DNA from: Balanoglossus misakiensis
Lineage: Eukaryota > Animalia > Hemichordata
Reading direction: 5' to 3'
Assembly: GCA_040954595.2 (NCBI GenBank)
Contig: CM082578.2
Span: 17,121,703-17,185,702 of the forward strand
Length of the DNA: 64,000 nt
This document shows, one piece after another, positions 13,801 through 26,900 of the stretch. Under the pieces are notes generated by a model. That model did not search any database, was not told where the DNA came from, and saw nothing but the letters and a program-made list of their open reading frames with translations. The translations under genes were made by a program, and so were the position numbers. Positions within the stretch are counted from its first letter, which is position 1. Each line of letters begins with the position of its first letter.

Positions 13801-14573
13801 TTAGTGTGGTTTATCGTGCTTTACACATCATTTTAGTAGGTCATTACATCTGTGTATCGTACAGACCGTGACTGCTAGTCCAACAAAGTATTTCTACACG
13901 CCTTCGATGACCTCAAAACATGCATACAATCCCAAGCGTTTGCTCGGATATCATTATCGCTTGCATTTTACTTCTCAGATCGGGACTGATACGCACAACT
14001 GTTACACAGCAATTTTGGATAAATTATGTTTATCAAGGACGCAACTCTCAGAATTCGGATGGCTTTCCTAATTCCAGGACTATGGGAGAAAGAGGAAACA
14101 TACGTGCAATAGTGAGATTTCCTTTTCGAAATTGAATATGGAAGTTTGATTCCAAACGTCTAGACCTAGTCCCCCCCCCCCCACTTTCAAATGAAAGTTA
14201 AATGCTACTTACGGAATCAATATACTGGGCATACATGACAGATGCTGTTGCCCTTTGACCTTCCAGATTGGGAAAGAATATGCAGCCTCTTTCGGGAAGT
14301 CCGGTCCTCCTATCAATTGAACATTGCGTGAAGGTCTCGGCGTCTCTATTCAGTCCAGCCAGCTCCAACGAACACCTCGTACCCTGCAGCCGTTCTCGTC
14401 TGTCCAGATAAAATGGCTGAACACCGGGATCGTCGTAAGATGTGAAATATTCGTCGAATAATCCATACCGTAGATGACCCCACTCGTGAATCAACAATCG
14501 ACCTTCACCAAACGGAACAGAAAGAATGTCAGTAAATGTGCCGGAGTGTTTGAGCTAGTATTATGATTAAAAA

Positions 14574-14609
<36 letters not shown>

Positions 14610-17600
14610 ATTCAACCAAGTGCGCCCTCACATCTGGCCGCATCTGGCATACACACTGTATTCATCATCAAGTATTGGAATCACGTAAATTTCCGCTGAG
14701 GTCTAACTCATCACAGTGCAGACTAGAGTGCATCTGGTTAATTTAACTTTCCCTGTTTTCAACAAGGTTTCTTTGTTCGCGTCTGTCTTGCCGAAAACAT
14801 GGATAAACCTTCTATCATTGTCGGTGGTAGATGCGGAAAGCGGAAACGCCGAACCGTTTCCTGTCTTGGTCATATAAAATGAAAGTGATGAATGATGATC
14901 TGAATCCTGTGAGAGGTAAGATCCTCTCTTCAAAAGAAGAAAGGACCTTCGTGTCTTGAATGTTGTGAAACGCAGACCGTGACAAATCTGGTGTAGTGCG
15001 CGTGATTTACTTTCCAAGTATTTGAGGTTAAACTGAATACCGTGACCAAAACTTAATTTCATGCATGAATGATGTGACGTTGTTTCTGTACATGTTGGTC
15101 AAGAACTTGCAAACCACAGTCTTGATTAACCGACCATACGTCACATCCTGCTCCATGATGACTATGCGAGACCATTTTTGAAGGTCATCATGACACGGGC
15201 AGTAACATGAACCATGGTCCCTGGGTACAGTGTTACGTCGAATAATGTATGTGGTGTGTAAGCTTTCAAATTAAAATGAACGGGCCATTGTAAAATCACG
15301 ACTGCGACGGTGAGGAATGACGACATTTTCCTCATCAGGATATGACTTTGGAGCACGGTACGTGTACATGGTGCATGACTAAAGATAAATTTCCGGTTTG
15401 CGATTCCTGACTTCTCAGGAATAATAATAGACAGTTCGCGATATCGATATCCTCTGTGCGAACAACGATAGTTCCTGTGGGTAAAACCCCATTGTGCCAG
15501 GTTGTACTTTGTTGTTTGACTGTAGGGCCTGGTAGAAACAGGAGTGAGACCATCTGACAGAATGCGACAGAGAATGTGAGACCATCATGGAGGTTATGGT
15601 GATGCCGCATTGGTCATCCAGCATTACATAATCACCGGCTGTTTGTGCAACGGATAATGCAGGCCTTATAATCACATGACAAATATTTGAAGGGCCCAGT
15701 ATCATGACCCTCATTATTACATGTCAACATGTAAACACGAATAGGGTCACATATAATGTACCTCTACTATACAAACGATTTTCGGAAGTAATTGGTACTT
15801 TGGCACCAAACTGTGGCGGTGTTTGGCTGTAACAAATGGCAATTACATTTAACTTTTGACTGAGACCACAAACTTTGCGCGTGTACCCGTAAATCTCGAG
15901 TCCTTGTCCTCGTTTTTTATGGAGGCATAACTTTTACTCGACGATTCCAAACCTTTCCAACCGTTTCTACTGACATTCGATTAGGATGCAATGGAGTGGA
16001 TGGAGATGTCACACACAGAAGTCTGCGGTGCATCAGTAACCAAAATGAATCCTCAACATGGCATGTGCCCGTGACGTCAACTTTGCTTTCCATACGATAA
16101 ATCGTTGTTGATCTTGAGAAATCGAAGTTACTCGCATGGTTCTTAGCTATGGGGAAACCTGTAATAATTCTGATAATAAGAAACGCACCTGCAGGTCCCC
16201 ATATGTATTCACTCGTCTCGGCATCCAGTATATATGACGGCGTATAGTGAATATATTCCCCCTGGATCCCACAGCCGCCGTACTGAAGGGTGTAAGGGTT
16301 GTTACCCCACTCTGGGTTTTGTTCAGCCACGATCACGTGAGCCCGTTCGAATGATTCGTCTTTGGCTGGCTGGTACTCGGGCTTATTCGTCCACGTTTTC
16401 GGGATAAGGATGGTGACATCTTTGAAATACGCTCTCCGTCCTGACGCGGTTAGGAGGAACTCCGAACCTTCGGTAAATATTGTCTGAAAGGCAAGCAAAA
16501 GAAAGGTCGGGGTATTTTTTCATGTTTGTATTCCATTTTTGTGTTTGGATGAATAGTTCTTCTATAACAACAAATTTGAGAGGTGATGTTATTGCGGCAT
16601 CTCCCAGTTTTTTAATCTCCAACTTTATACATGTATTAATTTCATGCTTGTCGTGATGTTTAGTTTATCACATTTTATTGACTCTAAATAAGTTTTAGAT
16701 GAAATCATAGTTTCTCTAGGGTCTATGGTGAAATAGGCCCGTAAAAGTTACGCCAGGACCACACTGTTAATAGATGAATTGGGGAGAAGGCTCTATCAAC
16801 AATTAAAGATTGTGTTTTGTAAGGGAAAGGACATTTCCTTCACATCATTTGCACTGCACACATGACACTTATGGTTGTGCGGCAACTGTTTCTCGCTTGC
16901 CATGAATAATCCCTCACTTTCAGGACAACCGTAAACAATCCCTCAAAGTCATCATCGAGTGACAGTTATGGGCTTGGCCCAGAGTCGGGTTTATGACTAA
17001 CGACCTAGACGACCTGGTGATAAAACTCCAAGGGTCCACTCACTGATGATCATGACACTCAACTTACTGGGCAATGCCTGCAAATCACTGTCAGTCAGTC
17101 AGTCTCGAATGTCCATGGTCTGGGGTCCTAAATATTTACTGAAGGAGTGACTAAAAAGCAAATTCCTCTAAATTATAACATATTCGTGTCATTACTTCGC
17201 GAACGAGAACTGTGTTCGCACTTCACATAACAGGGAAACAAACTGTCAGGACACGGTCATTCTATCATGGTCAGAATAGAGGAGTAATTGGTCAGCTCAA
17301 AAAACTCAAGAAATTGGGAGTTCGGTGGAGTATACGGGTCTTACAAACCAGCATACATGCTCTGCAAATTGCATGCATACCCATATTACAGCTGCCAATC
17401 CATGGACGCCGTCAGCCTTGCTTGTGCTTTATATAATATGATACGACGTAGCCTCTCCAAAAGTAATGTAAATAGAAGCAAAGGTCATGTTTAGTTTACA
17501 TGACGTCTGCTATATGCATGTAACCTCAGTCAACTAATCGAGTTAATAATAGTGGCCTGTATATATACAGCGTGCAAGATTTGCCCCGGTAAAGAGGATT

Positions 17601-18244
17601 TTCAATATGAAACGGCCGTTTGCGACCAAGTCAGGAAGTAGCACGTACGCCATTCTCAATCGACCATTATGTCATGCATTCATTAATAAACATATTCTAA
17701 TAGAAAGGTGGAATTAAATACTGTAGTTAAATAAAGAAATCCATCGTTTTTGAAGCCATGGCCACTCTCTGACCCCCCCCCCCCCACCAACACTACACAC
17801 ATACACACACCCATCGTTCAATAGCTACTTCAATGAACTGTAATGTGTAAATTCGCCTTATCCTATCCATGCATGGCTGAGCCTTGTCAAGTTATAGTAT
17901 ACATGATTCATTCCAGTGTTGGCCAGCAATGACAGCGGAAAATTAAAAAAAACAGTGAGTGCGGGACCTTCGCGTTCCGAAAATCAGAACTGTCACTGAA
18001 ACTCCGAACGCCACTGATATTTTTTCCACTTGCAACATGAAGATCGACCCATGCAATTATATGCATGCCCTCTTACCTTTATTCGGTCTACAATCCTTTC
18101 GTCTTCCGGTACATTGTTGTCTATGGCCACCAGTATACCCGTGTATTCACCATCCTCCAAAGTAATAGGTGCCTTCTTCGTTACTGAGATCTTGCCTAAC
18201 ACTGCAAAGAGAGTCAAAAACAGCGCGGCCCGTACTTTCGACAT
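7825..18244 (-). CDS. CLCA: Calcium-activated chloride channel regulator (CLCA) family protein, paralog 1, ~972 aa, 11 coding exons
   Basis: Exons (GT-AG, phases consistent, sum 2919 nt): 18244-18077, 16483-16189, 14502-14213, 13743-13492, 13279-13055, 12868-12563, 12188-11961, 11590-11311, 10858-10697, 9034-8816, 8318-7825. Signal peptide; CLCA_N motifs (YFKDVTILIPKTW, PYTLQYGGCG..GEYIH); zinc metalloprotease HEWGHLRYGLFDEY; vWA MIDAS DVSGSM and LVSDGEEN; LLDNGAGADIKQNDGVYSAYF; FN3-like LRWTAPGDDFDQG; C-terminal TM helix followed by RRKK. Confidence 0.95.
9045..9067. repeat. (AT)n microsatellite in CLCA intron
   Basis: Direct reading. Confidence 0.9.
14574..14609. repeat. (GTT)n microsatellite in CLCA intron
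   Basis: Direct reading. Confidence 0.9.
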
Positions 18245-20921
18245 TGCGGTTTCCGCGTTGACGGCTACGTCGTTACTGCTCTTAGCGCAACAGTTCAGCT
18301 GTCTTTAACGTGATTCCAAGGAACGCTTTTCTGTGGGGGCCGGGCTGCTCAAGGCCTCGTAGTGCCTTTTTCGGTTATGTAGTCTGCTTCTGTTGTAATC
18401 GTTAATTGTCATGCTAATAGTAATACACATGGGCTTGTGACATGCTTCGCAATGGCTCATGGGTAAAACGGCAGCATGAATCACGGTGGAGCGGAGTGTT
18501 TGAAGGCATATGGTTAAGGACATGTCCTCACACCACTATTGCCAAGTTTAGTTGAATACCAAATCTGGTAAAAACAAACAGGCTTGTAAGTGAAAAATTC
18601 GTGACAGCAATAACATTTTCGTAGAAAAGAAATGAAATGCCGGAAGTTGTTTTGCGTAGTTGATCTTTGGTGGGTGGTTCGTACGCCCCCGCTTTCAAAC
18701 TGTGAAGTTGGGGGTGACCACCAGGGCTCCGCGTTTGGACTACACTTCTCTATGATGCTATGTTGCAAATGGTTGTGGGCGTGTGGTTTAAACGCTGTGA
18801 ACGTCTGAACGACATTCATACTTTAACTGTTTTCTGCGAAGTGGCAATACAGTACTGTTGAATACATTTTCCACGTTAATGTGTCTGTAGTGTTCACCTC
18901 AAGTAGGTTGCTTGCCCCTAGTAACCTAAAGGCATTTAGGTCAACGACCTATCCTATCGACTAGACACAGGGTACAGCGGCCGAGATAATTCAGGTACAG
19001 TGTCTCGGCATATATTAAAAAACGCAGTCCCGTGGTTTACAAAACGCAAACGCCGAATTGAAAAAAATTACAACGTGAGAGTGGGATGAATGACTCAATA
19101 TGCGTCATCGATATGGTCAACCATGCTGACATGAACAAGGGACCATGTATATGAAACGCAATGCGTTCAGTGCACGCAACAAGTCCACTATTATAACGAT
19201 CGATTCAGTTTCTGTGGGTCTCGAGTTTTACTGATGATCAACCATTACTCATGATTGACTTGAACTATGGCGTAACCGTGTAGTCGTGATATGAAACCGT
19301 TCAAATTTATGAACTCACGTGAAATTTAATGTGAAACCGAAATTCTGTGTAGTGTCACGGTGAGAGTTTTATGTTTGACCGCATACTATACAACGCGTCG
19401 CCACTTTCTTCAGTTGAAACATGATCTTGTATAGGAACGGCAAATACGTATTACCGCGTGATTCTGTTGCTCTCAAAAGTCACGATTACTGAAAATAGTA
19501 ACTTTCGCCAACACTACATTTCCACAAGCAAGAGTTTTTAATTTCCGGGGCGCACCACTGACAAGGCAATGAATTAGTTATTAATATGGATTAATAGTGT
19601 TAATTAGACTCGGATAAATTCGCCCGATAAGTGCCTCAATAGCCTAATAATTCAATCGTGTTATGGTCATTATTTATACCTTTGAAATATTTAGGCCATA
19701 TAGACTGTCACATAGCCGAGAAATTTAATGCTTTTCCTGACGTTTTGTTTCGTTAATTTATTTAGAACATGGTACGTGGTGGCCGGGCATGCTGGAGAGA
19801 AGTATTCCGTCGTTTGAGGGCGCCCTGGTGATTAAGGTGTGGCCGGAGCATCGAGGTATTAGAAGAATGCAGGGAGGTAGGTATACATGTAGTTAGCCAA
19901 GGACAACAACCTGATTTGTTGTCGGTGCACAAGACTCACACACGCTTCTCTTATATGGAAGGAGCAAACATAATTGCCCAGAGAATTGACGATTGTCTCG
20001 TAAGCTAGAATGCCAGAGAAGCACTTTATTATAGAGACATCAAAGGTACAAAGCTTACACTGAAACAAGCCTGACTGCTGATATAAACGTCAAGTCGTTC
20101 CTCTTGATATCCAGCAAGAATCTGTTAACGAACTATAAGTCTCATTCTATCATACATATACATTTCTGTGACGTGACACGCGTGAAGCTGATCGGTCTAC
20201 ACTGAGCAGACTCTCGTGAATTTGTGTATCGGCCCGAAATTTGCATGCAACCGCGACGTAATATATGTACCAGACTTTGCATCAAGTTTTTAAATCTCCG
20301 ATTTTGATACAACAGTATTTAGTATATCACGGTCACTTAATGTCTTATTTACAAGAAAAATAATGATTATGATAAAAAAAATTCAAGGACGGAAAGCATA
20401 AAATAAACAAGTCTAAAAGGACGGAAAGCATAGATGATGATCATACCCACAGGGGCGGTCACTACCTCGGACGGAAGTTGTGTTCAATCTTACTACAAGC
20501 AGATTTTCCAGAGCAAAGAAAGAAATTTTTAAGGTAGACTTGAAAATATAAACCACCTGTGCAAATGACACAAGAGATAAAGACCAAAAATCATACATTT
20601 AGATGCGGTCATTTAAAATTATTTAGTTCTGTTTGGAGGGAATGCGGTTAGTGTCCTGAAAATGGGCTTAAAGCTATGTAAACAGGCACACGATTTTGTA
20701 AACAGGTAGAAACTGAAGTCATCTGTCGCTAAGTGTACTTCGCGACGTCGTTATGGAACCTAAGCCATGAAAGACAAAAGGACCAGATGAACGCGAGTAC
20801 ATATATCATCAATAATATAAATGTTGTCCTAAAACTATATGTATATATTACATATATTTATAATATATGGTGTGTTTCTTGTATTTGACTCGTGTCAGAA
20901 ACCAGGGTGACGACGCCTCTT

Positions 20922-23900
20922 TTATTCATGGATGGTGGAAAGTTGATCCGTGTGGTGTACTTCAGGATCGTTCACCGGCTTCACTTTGTTCGATTTCTTG
21001 CTCTTGTTCTTCGTCTTCAAGAAATACACAACTGCAATAGTTGCGCCCGCGACGGCCACGGCGCAGCTGACGGCGATGACGAGGATTACCCAGGCTTCGA
21101 GACCCGGGTTGTACTCTTCGCCTTGGCTCACGATGGTGGCCGACACGGATATTATGTTGGACGGGTCGCCGCGGTTGCCGGCCTCGTCTTCTGCGAGTAC
21201 GGCGAAGTAGTAGGTCATGTTGGTTGTCGTGGGTGCGGGCACTGCAGCCGTTATTTTCTCGATGGAACCCGCTGTTTGCGGCGACGACAGGGATCCTTCA
21301 ACGACGTCGCCTCCTTTCACTGCAACCGCGCCCTCAAAGTTAGCTAACAGATCGTTAAAGGACGTACTGTACCGCAAGTCGTACTTGAAGGCTGGTGAAG
21401 AAAGGTACAATACAAACGCAATTTGGCAAATGCGTATCGACTGCCACTTCTTCCGGACAATTCTTACTTCGGTCGGGCTACTTAAAGAAGTTTTGTCGAT
21501 AAAATAAAACGTGATTTTTTTTCAAAGACTAGAGGGACACCTGTAAACAGTGGTCATCCCTTATTCTGTCTACCAAAACCCTCCGCCCAGCCAGGAAAAG
21601 TATCTGTCTATCAATACAAACGCCTCGTTTGGTCAGCTCGTCCCATAGCGTTTACAACTTGAACAAACAACATTAATCGAAGAAAACACACATATGTATA
21701 TGCGTCCAGGTTGCAAACGAAAAGAATGCTAACAAACACATCTCGCTTACCGGTTCCTTGGTCAAAGTCGTCACCAGTAGCAGTCCACTGCAGAGAAACG
21801 TGGTCCATGTAGGCAGAGTTCATCACGGACACGTCTTTCAGGTCGGTTATCTTGCTCGGAGCAAACTCGTCCGGCGGGTCCTTCTCCACTGTTACGTTTT
21901 CACTCAGCTGTATCAACCCAGCTGAAGCAACGCGATTGAACTTGCCGACTGCAGTAGGTTCTGTGTCTTTCGCGGGAATGTAAGCTGCAAAAATACATGA
22001 AAAGGGTAATCCAGTTCTCCAAACTCGAGGCCAGTGCTGACACGGACCTAACACGCCACTCCACGAGGAGTTACGCAATGGAGTAGGATCATTGCTGCTG
22101 TGCATAATTTCTGCATATTATTTGAGACCAGCTGGAGCTGTCCTCGGATAGGTTTAGAATTGCATTTGTACATGTACTTTCGGGTGGGCCCAGAACATCC
22201 TCTGGTGGATGCAGAAACACCATAGTTGTAATAGGCACAGAATTCTTCCATTTCATAACCGCAAATTTCAAGAGGGTGACGTCACACGATCGTGTTGAGC
22301 ACCACTTTCAGTTATATGAATAAATATGAAAACAACTGGTGAACTCATATACGTTGGTACTTTTATACTAAGCGACTTACAAAAATTGGTAGGCATTGCG
22401 CCACTGCCGACAGAGTATGTATTTATGGCGGTACTGCCGAACTCATCATCAGCCATGACGGTTACATCATATCTGCAGGGATCGCCGCAGCTTGCAGAGT
22501 CAACAAAGTCCACGAAGTAGGCAGAGTATACGCCGTCATTTTTCAAAATATCCGCTCCTTGCGGGAGAAAGAGGGGAAGATGTTATTGGAAAAGTTGGAA
22601 AATTTATTCCATCAAGTGACCAAGTTCAAATACTTGTAGCCAATTGCTGTCTGCAAATCATCTTTGAATCCCAAGTATACAAATCACTAAACATGTGCAT
22701 CTCACCTCCTCCATTGTCCAATAACGGCAGGGTGACTTCGTTTGTGTTCGGTAACTCAACGACAGCGTAGACGTTGGCACCGATGACGGCCGTGTGTCCA
22801 TATCTCAGTTCGGCGTAGATGACAATTTTCGGCGGCGATTCTTCAATCAGTGGGTTGCTGAGAGATGTCGTCAGTTTTAACGCCCCGTACTTGGCCGATG
22901 ATGCCACCGATTCTAGGGCCACTTCAATCGTCCATTGGCCGGCGTTGCCGTTGTTCCACACTGTGTATGTCCACCGGCCAGCCTATTCCGAATGCATGAT
23001 AATAATAACTAATAAGTGGGTTGGGGTGGGCGAACTTGTATTTATTGTGGGTATGGTTTTAGCAAAAGTACTTCCACTAGCTGCAGTATAGTTCTAAGAA
23101 ATAGTTTGTGAACATCATATTGCGGGTGTATACATGTATATGAATCAACCATTTCCCACCTCTGCAATGCCTGGAATCTCGATGGTTTTTATCAGCGCCG
23201 TTTCATCGAAGGCGAATACATCGGACGCCTCATCATAGATTTCACCAGAGGGAGACTTGACTTCCACCGAAATGTCGTTTGTTGGAGTAGAGAAACTTCG
23301 ATAGTAGAAATAGAATATGGTGTTGTTTCCCAACGAAAAGTCGAGGTGGACACTGCCTGTTTTGTAGTTATTTTCTTTTACTTTTGTCGTGGTACTCAGT
23401 ATCTGCAATGAAATCATGAAATGTTGTCTCTGTACCTTTTTAGACTATAATTTTACTGGACTGCGTGACGCAATCAATACATCGCTTAAAATTCAACCAC
23501 ACTGTATTACCGACACTTGAGTAGTACATGTACATATACTGACCTGCACCGGCACATCATGATAACTAATGGCGCTGTCAACCACGCTTGACGTGAATCC
23601 ATCGTGCAGCGCAGTGGATTTTTCCGACTCTGAGAAGTAGTAAGCTTGGCCTGCCGTCCCTTGAGACAGAGTCATCAGAAGTCCGTCCGCGTCGTTGCTG
23701 AACGACATGGTGTTAATCGTCACATTTGACACGGATATCTGAAAGTGGATGTCTTCGATCAATGGGTCCTGAGTCTGTACTCCGTCTGACACTAGAAAAA
23801 GTATCGCGCCCTCTGTAGGCTGGCTGCTGTTGATCAGAAGCTGCAGAAACAGGTGTACAATTACGGTCAGTGCAAATAAAAGTTCTGGCATGATTACTGG

Positions 23901-26900
23901 TATATTAAAATAACATAACATTGTCTATGCGTTGATATAAAGGTTTCCCTGTGAAGTTTCAAAACTCAAGGATTTTCGTTAGTTTGTTTGTATGTTTGTT
24001 TCATTACCCCGATGGAAGCAAGGATTCCGCAGCCTATACATGTCCTTCCGCCCAAGACCTTCGGCAGATGATTTATTGCGTCTTCTCGCACTTCGTTGCT
24101 GGTGATTTGCGTCAGGGGATACGTGACACTGGCATTTGTAGAAAATTCAACCAACCCCAAATACGAATTCAGTGGCAAGATGTATCGGATGTATTTTGTG
24201 CATGCCTGCACAAGCAACTCCAGTCTGTCGTTCTGTATTAAAATAGAAGAGAGAAAATTATGAAACTGGTGAAGCTACACACATGAAACACAACTTGTTC
24301 AAGATTAGGGATAGAAAGCTAAGTGGTGTTTGAATCATTATCAACAAAAACCTTCAGTCTGACTAGAATGCTGATAAAAAAGATCCCTTTTTGTTTGATT
24401 CCCCACAGATACTCCAAAGTTATTTTCTGGAGTTTCCATGGTTTCCTGTTTTTTGGTTCGCGCTTGCCCTTTGCACTTTCGCCAGAAGCCTGCTGGCCGG
24501 TCACCCACCTCTGTCATACTACCAGAAATATCCAACACCAGGACGACGCTCTTTTCTCGCACATACGCCAGTTTAAATTGCGGAGCGGTGGCTATTCCCT
24601 GGCGTGGCCCATTGGGCGGCAAGAAATCGCTGTGATCCACCATGACTTCCCAAGAACTCTTGTGTCCACATAGCTTGTTTTGCTGGTTGTTGGCTAGTTT
24701 GTTGTGTCTGGCGTTTGGGTCTTCGCTGTCATCGTCGTGGCAGAAATCCGTCACCTGTTGAGGGAGAGTTGACATACAATTAGCCTTCCCATATTTGAAT
24801 CTCAGCACACATCAACAGCACACATGAAGTACTTTCTATTCTACAACAAACAAAATCTCAAAGAATACCTGTCGTATGACGTAGTACGGTGCATGTCAGA
24901 CTGCTATTAATTAATCAATTGGTAAATTGAGAAACAGTGGGACGTAATTAAACTGGAAATAAAATGTATACACACCGATTCTAAATAATTTGCAAAGAGA
25001 TACGATGAAGTTCCAGGGTTGTTGTTGAGATCGGGAAAGAACGTACATCCGGGCTCTGGCATTTCACCCGATTCTGGATTCTTGTTGCATTTCCGGTAAT
25101 TATCGTTGATATCATAACATTTACCACTGACTGCCTCTGAACAGCGCGTCGGTTGCGTGTGGCCGTTTTCGTCGAAGTAAAAGTTCTCGCCTTCCTCGGT
25201 CGGGTACTCATCAAACAGACCCCACCTCAGATGACCCCATTCATGGACCACGACCTTGCCTAGAATAACGAGAGAGGTTCAAAAATGTGGATTTGTAAAC
25301 GAAAATGCCAAGGTTATCCATTGGTAAGCATGCTATTTACATCGCTAGTATAAACTGCTAAGTGTGGATTTGCCATACAATCATATCTTAATTCCCGCCC
25401 CATGCAAACCTTTTTAGGATCGTAATGGGACTAATAAGTTCTGATTCACAAATTCAATCGAATCAGAATTGGTGTGGTGTTGTGTGGTGTGATGCGGTGT
25501 GGGGTAGCGTTGTTTCGGTATAATTCCTGATGATGACTAATTTTCGGATGGCAGAAGATTGCAACGAAACTGTTGAATAATAACCCGTGTTGAAGGCGCA
25601 TATAATCCTACTTGCATAGTAACAGCTTTATGCACTGTTGACATGAAATCCGTGGTAATAAAGGAATTATGTAGCTCGAATTGCTGAGCACATTCATTAT
25701 ATGTTAGCCGCACCCACGCGGCATTTTTATAGTTTGTAAACGTTTTGGTCTTGATGCCAAAGATGTCTGATCATACTGGCAGGCTTACACTTAAAGTCCT
25801 TAACAGTTAAAGAATATACATGTAGAAAGTACTACGCGTACATAGAAATGATGAAAAAATTGTCAAAACCCTGAAAGCTATGCGTTCAAACTACGGAGAG
25901 ATAATTTGCACAAATTTTCAACGTGTGGCGTACATTGACGATATCGCCTATTGAACCCATTTGGTCGATAATTGGGATCAAGTATGTTATAATGTGACAG
26001 AAGTCTTTGTCTTCCGACACCGCACCGGTATAGACCCCAGGTATCCAGGATCTTTGATTAATCTGGTATAATACACACCCCTAAAGGCTTAAGGTTTAAA
26101 GTAGACAGGCCCGCTGACATCATGGTCGTGCGTCATGATGCTTCGCCAAAAGTAGGGCGACCACCGCAGAGCCACCCCACCCCACCCCCACAAAACCATG
26201 GACGACCACGTATACTGCTGGCACTTCGAGTTCGGTGTGTGCACATACATGGTGCAAATTATTCTATCACGACAGCGTTACATGACCAATTCGATGGTTC
26301 ATGCATGCCGTGACAATCGTTCGATTAAGATTACTAGTACCAGATTTTCAGTGCCAGCGTTGGTAGAAAAAAATCAGAATGAGTAATAGCAACGGTTCGG
26401 TTGAAATGGCCTTACCGGATTCTCCCCAAATGTAGGTGCTGATATCTCTCTCGTTGATGAATAACGGCGTCAGATGAATATATTCGGCGGGCTCACCGCA
26501 CGGTAAGGACTGCTTGGTGTACGGGTTGTGGCCCCATTGCGGATTCTCGTCTGCCACGATCACGTTGGCGATGTCGTAGGTTTCCCAGGTCGCGTCCACG
26601 TACTCTGCTTTGTCTTGCCAAGACTTTGGGATGAGGATGGTGATGTACTGGAAGTGGGCGTGTTCACGCGACGCCACGTATAAGTACTGGGATGCGTCTG
26701 TAAATATGGTCTGTTTTAGGAGGGAAAACCTCGGTTGTTAGTGCGATATGTATACATGTAGTTGTGACGGCCATCTTGAAATTGTGAGATTTTCATCACT
26801 CACCTAGGTAGCAAAAACCTATTTAAGGTAGGGAGAATTGCATCAAGTAGCAAGGTAAAAGCGACCAGCAATGTTATTAGTCTACAGAGTCCTTCGCAAA

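Noticed and set aside
19780-19850. GGCCGGGCATG start resembling the HDV ribozyme 5' end
   Set aside because: The P2, P3, L3 and J4/2 elements of the HDV fold are not present.
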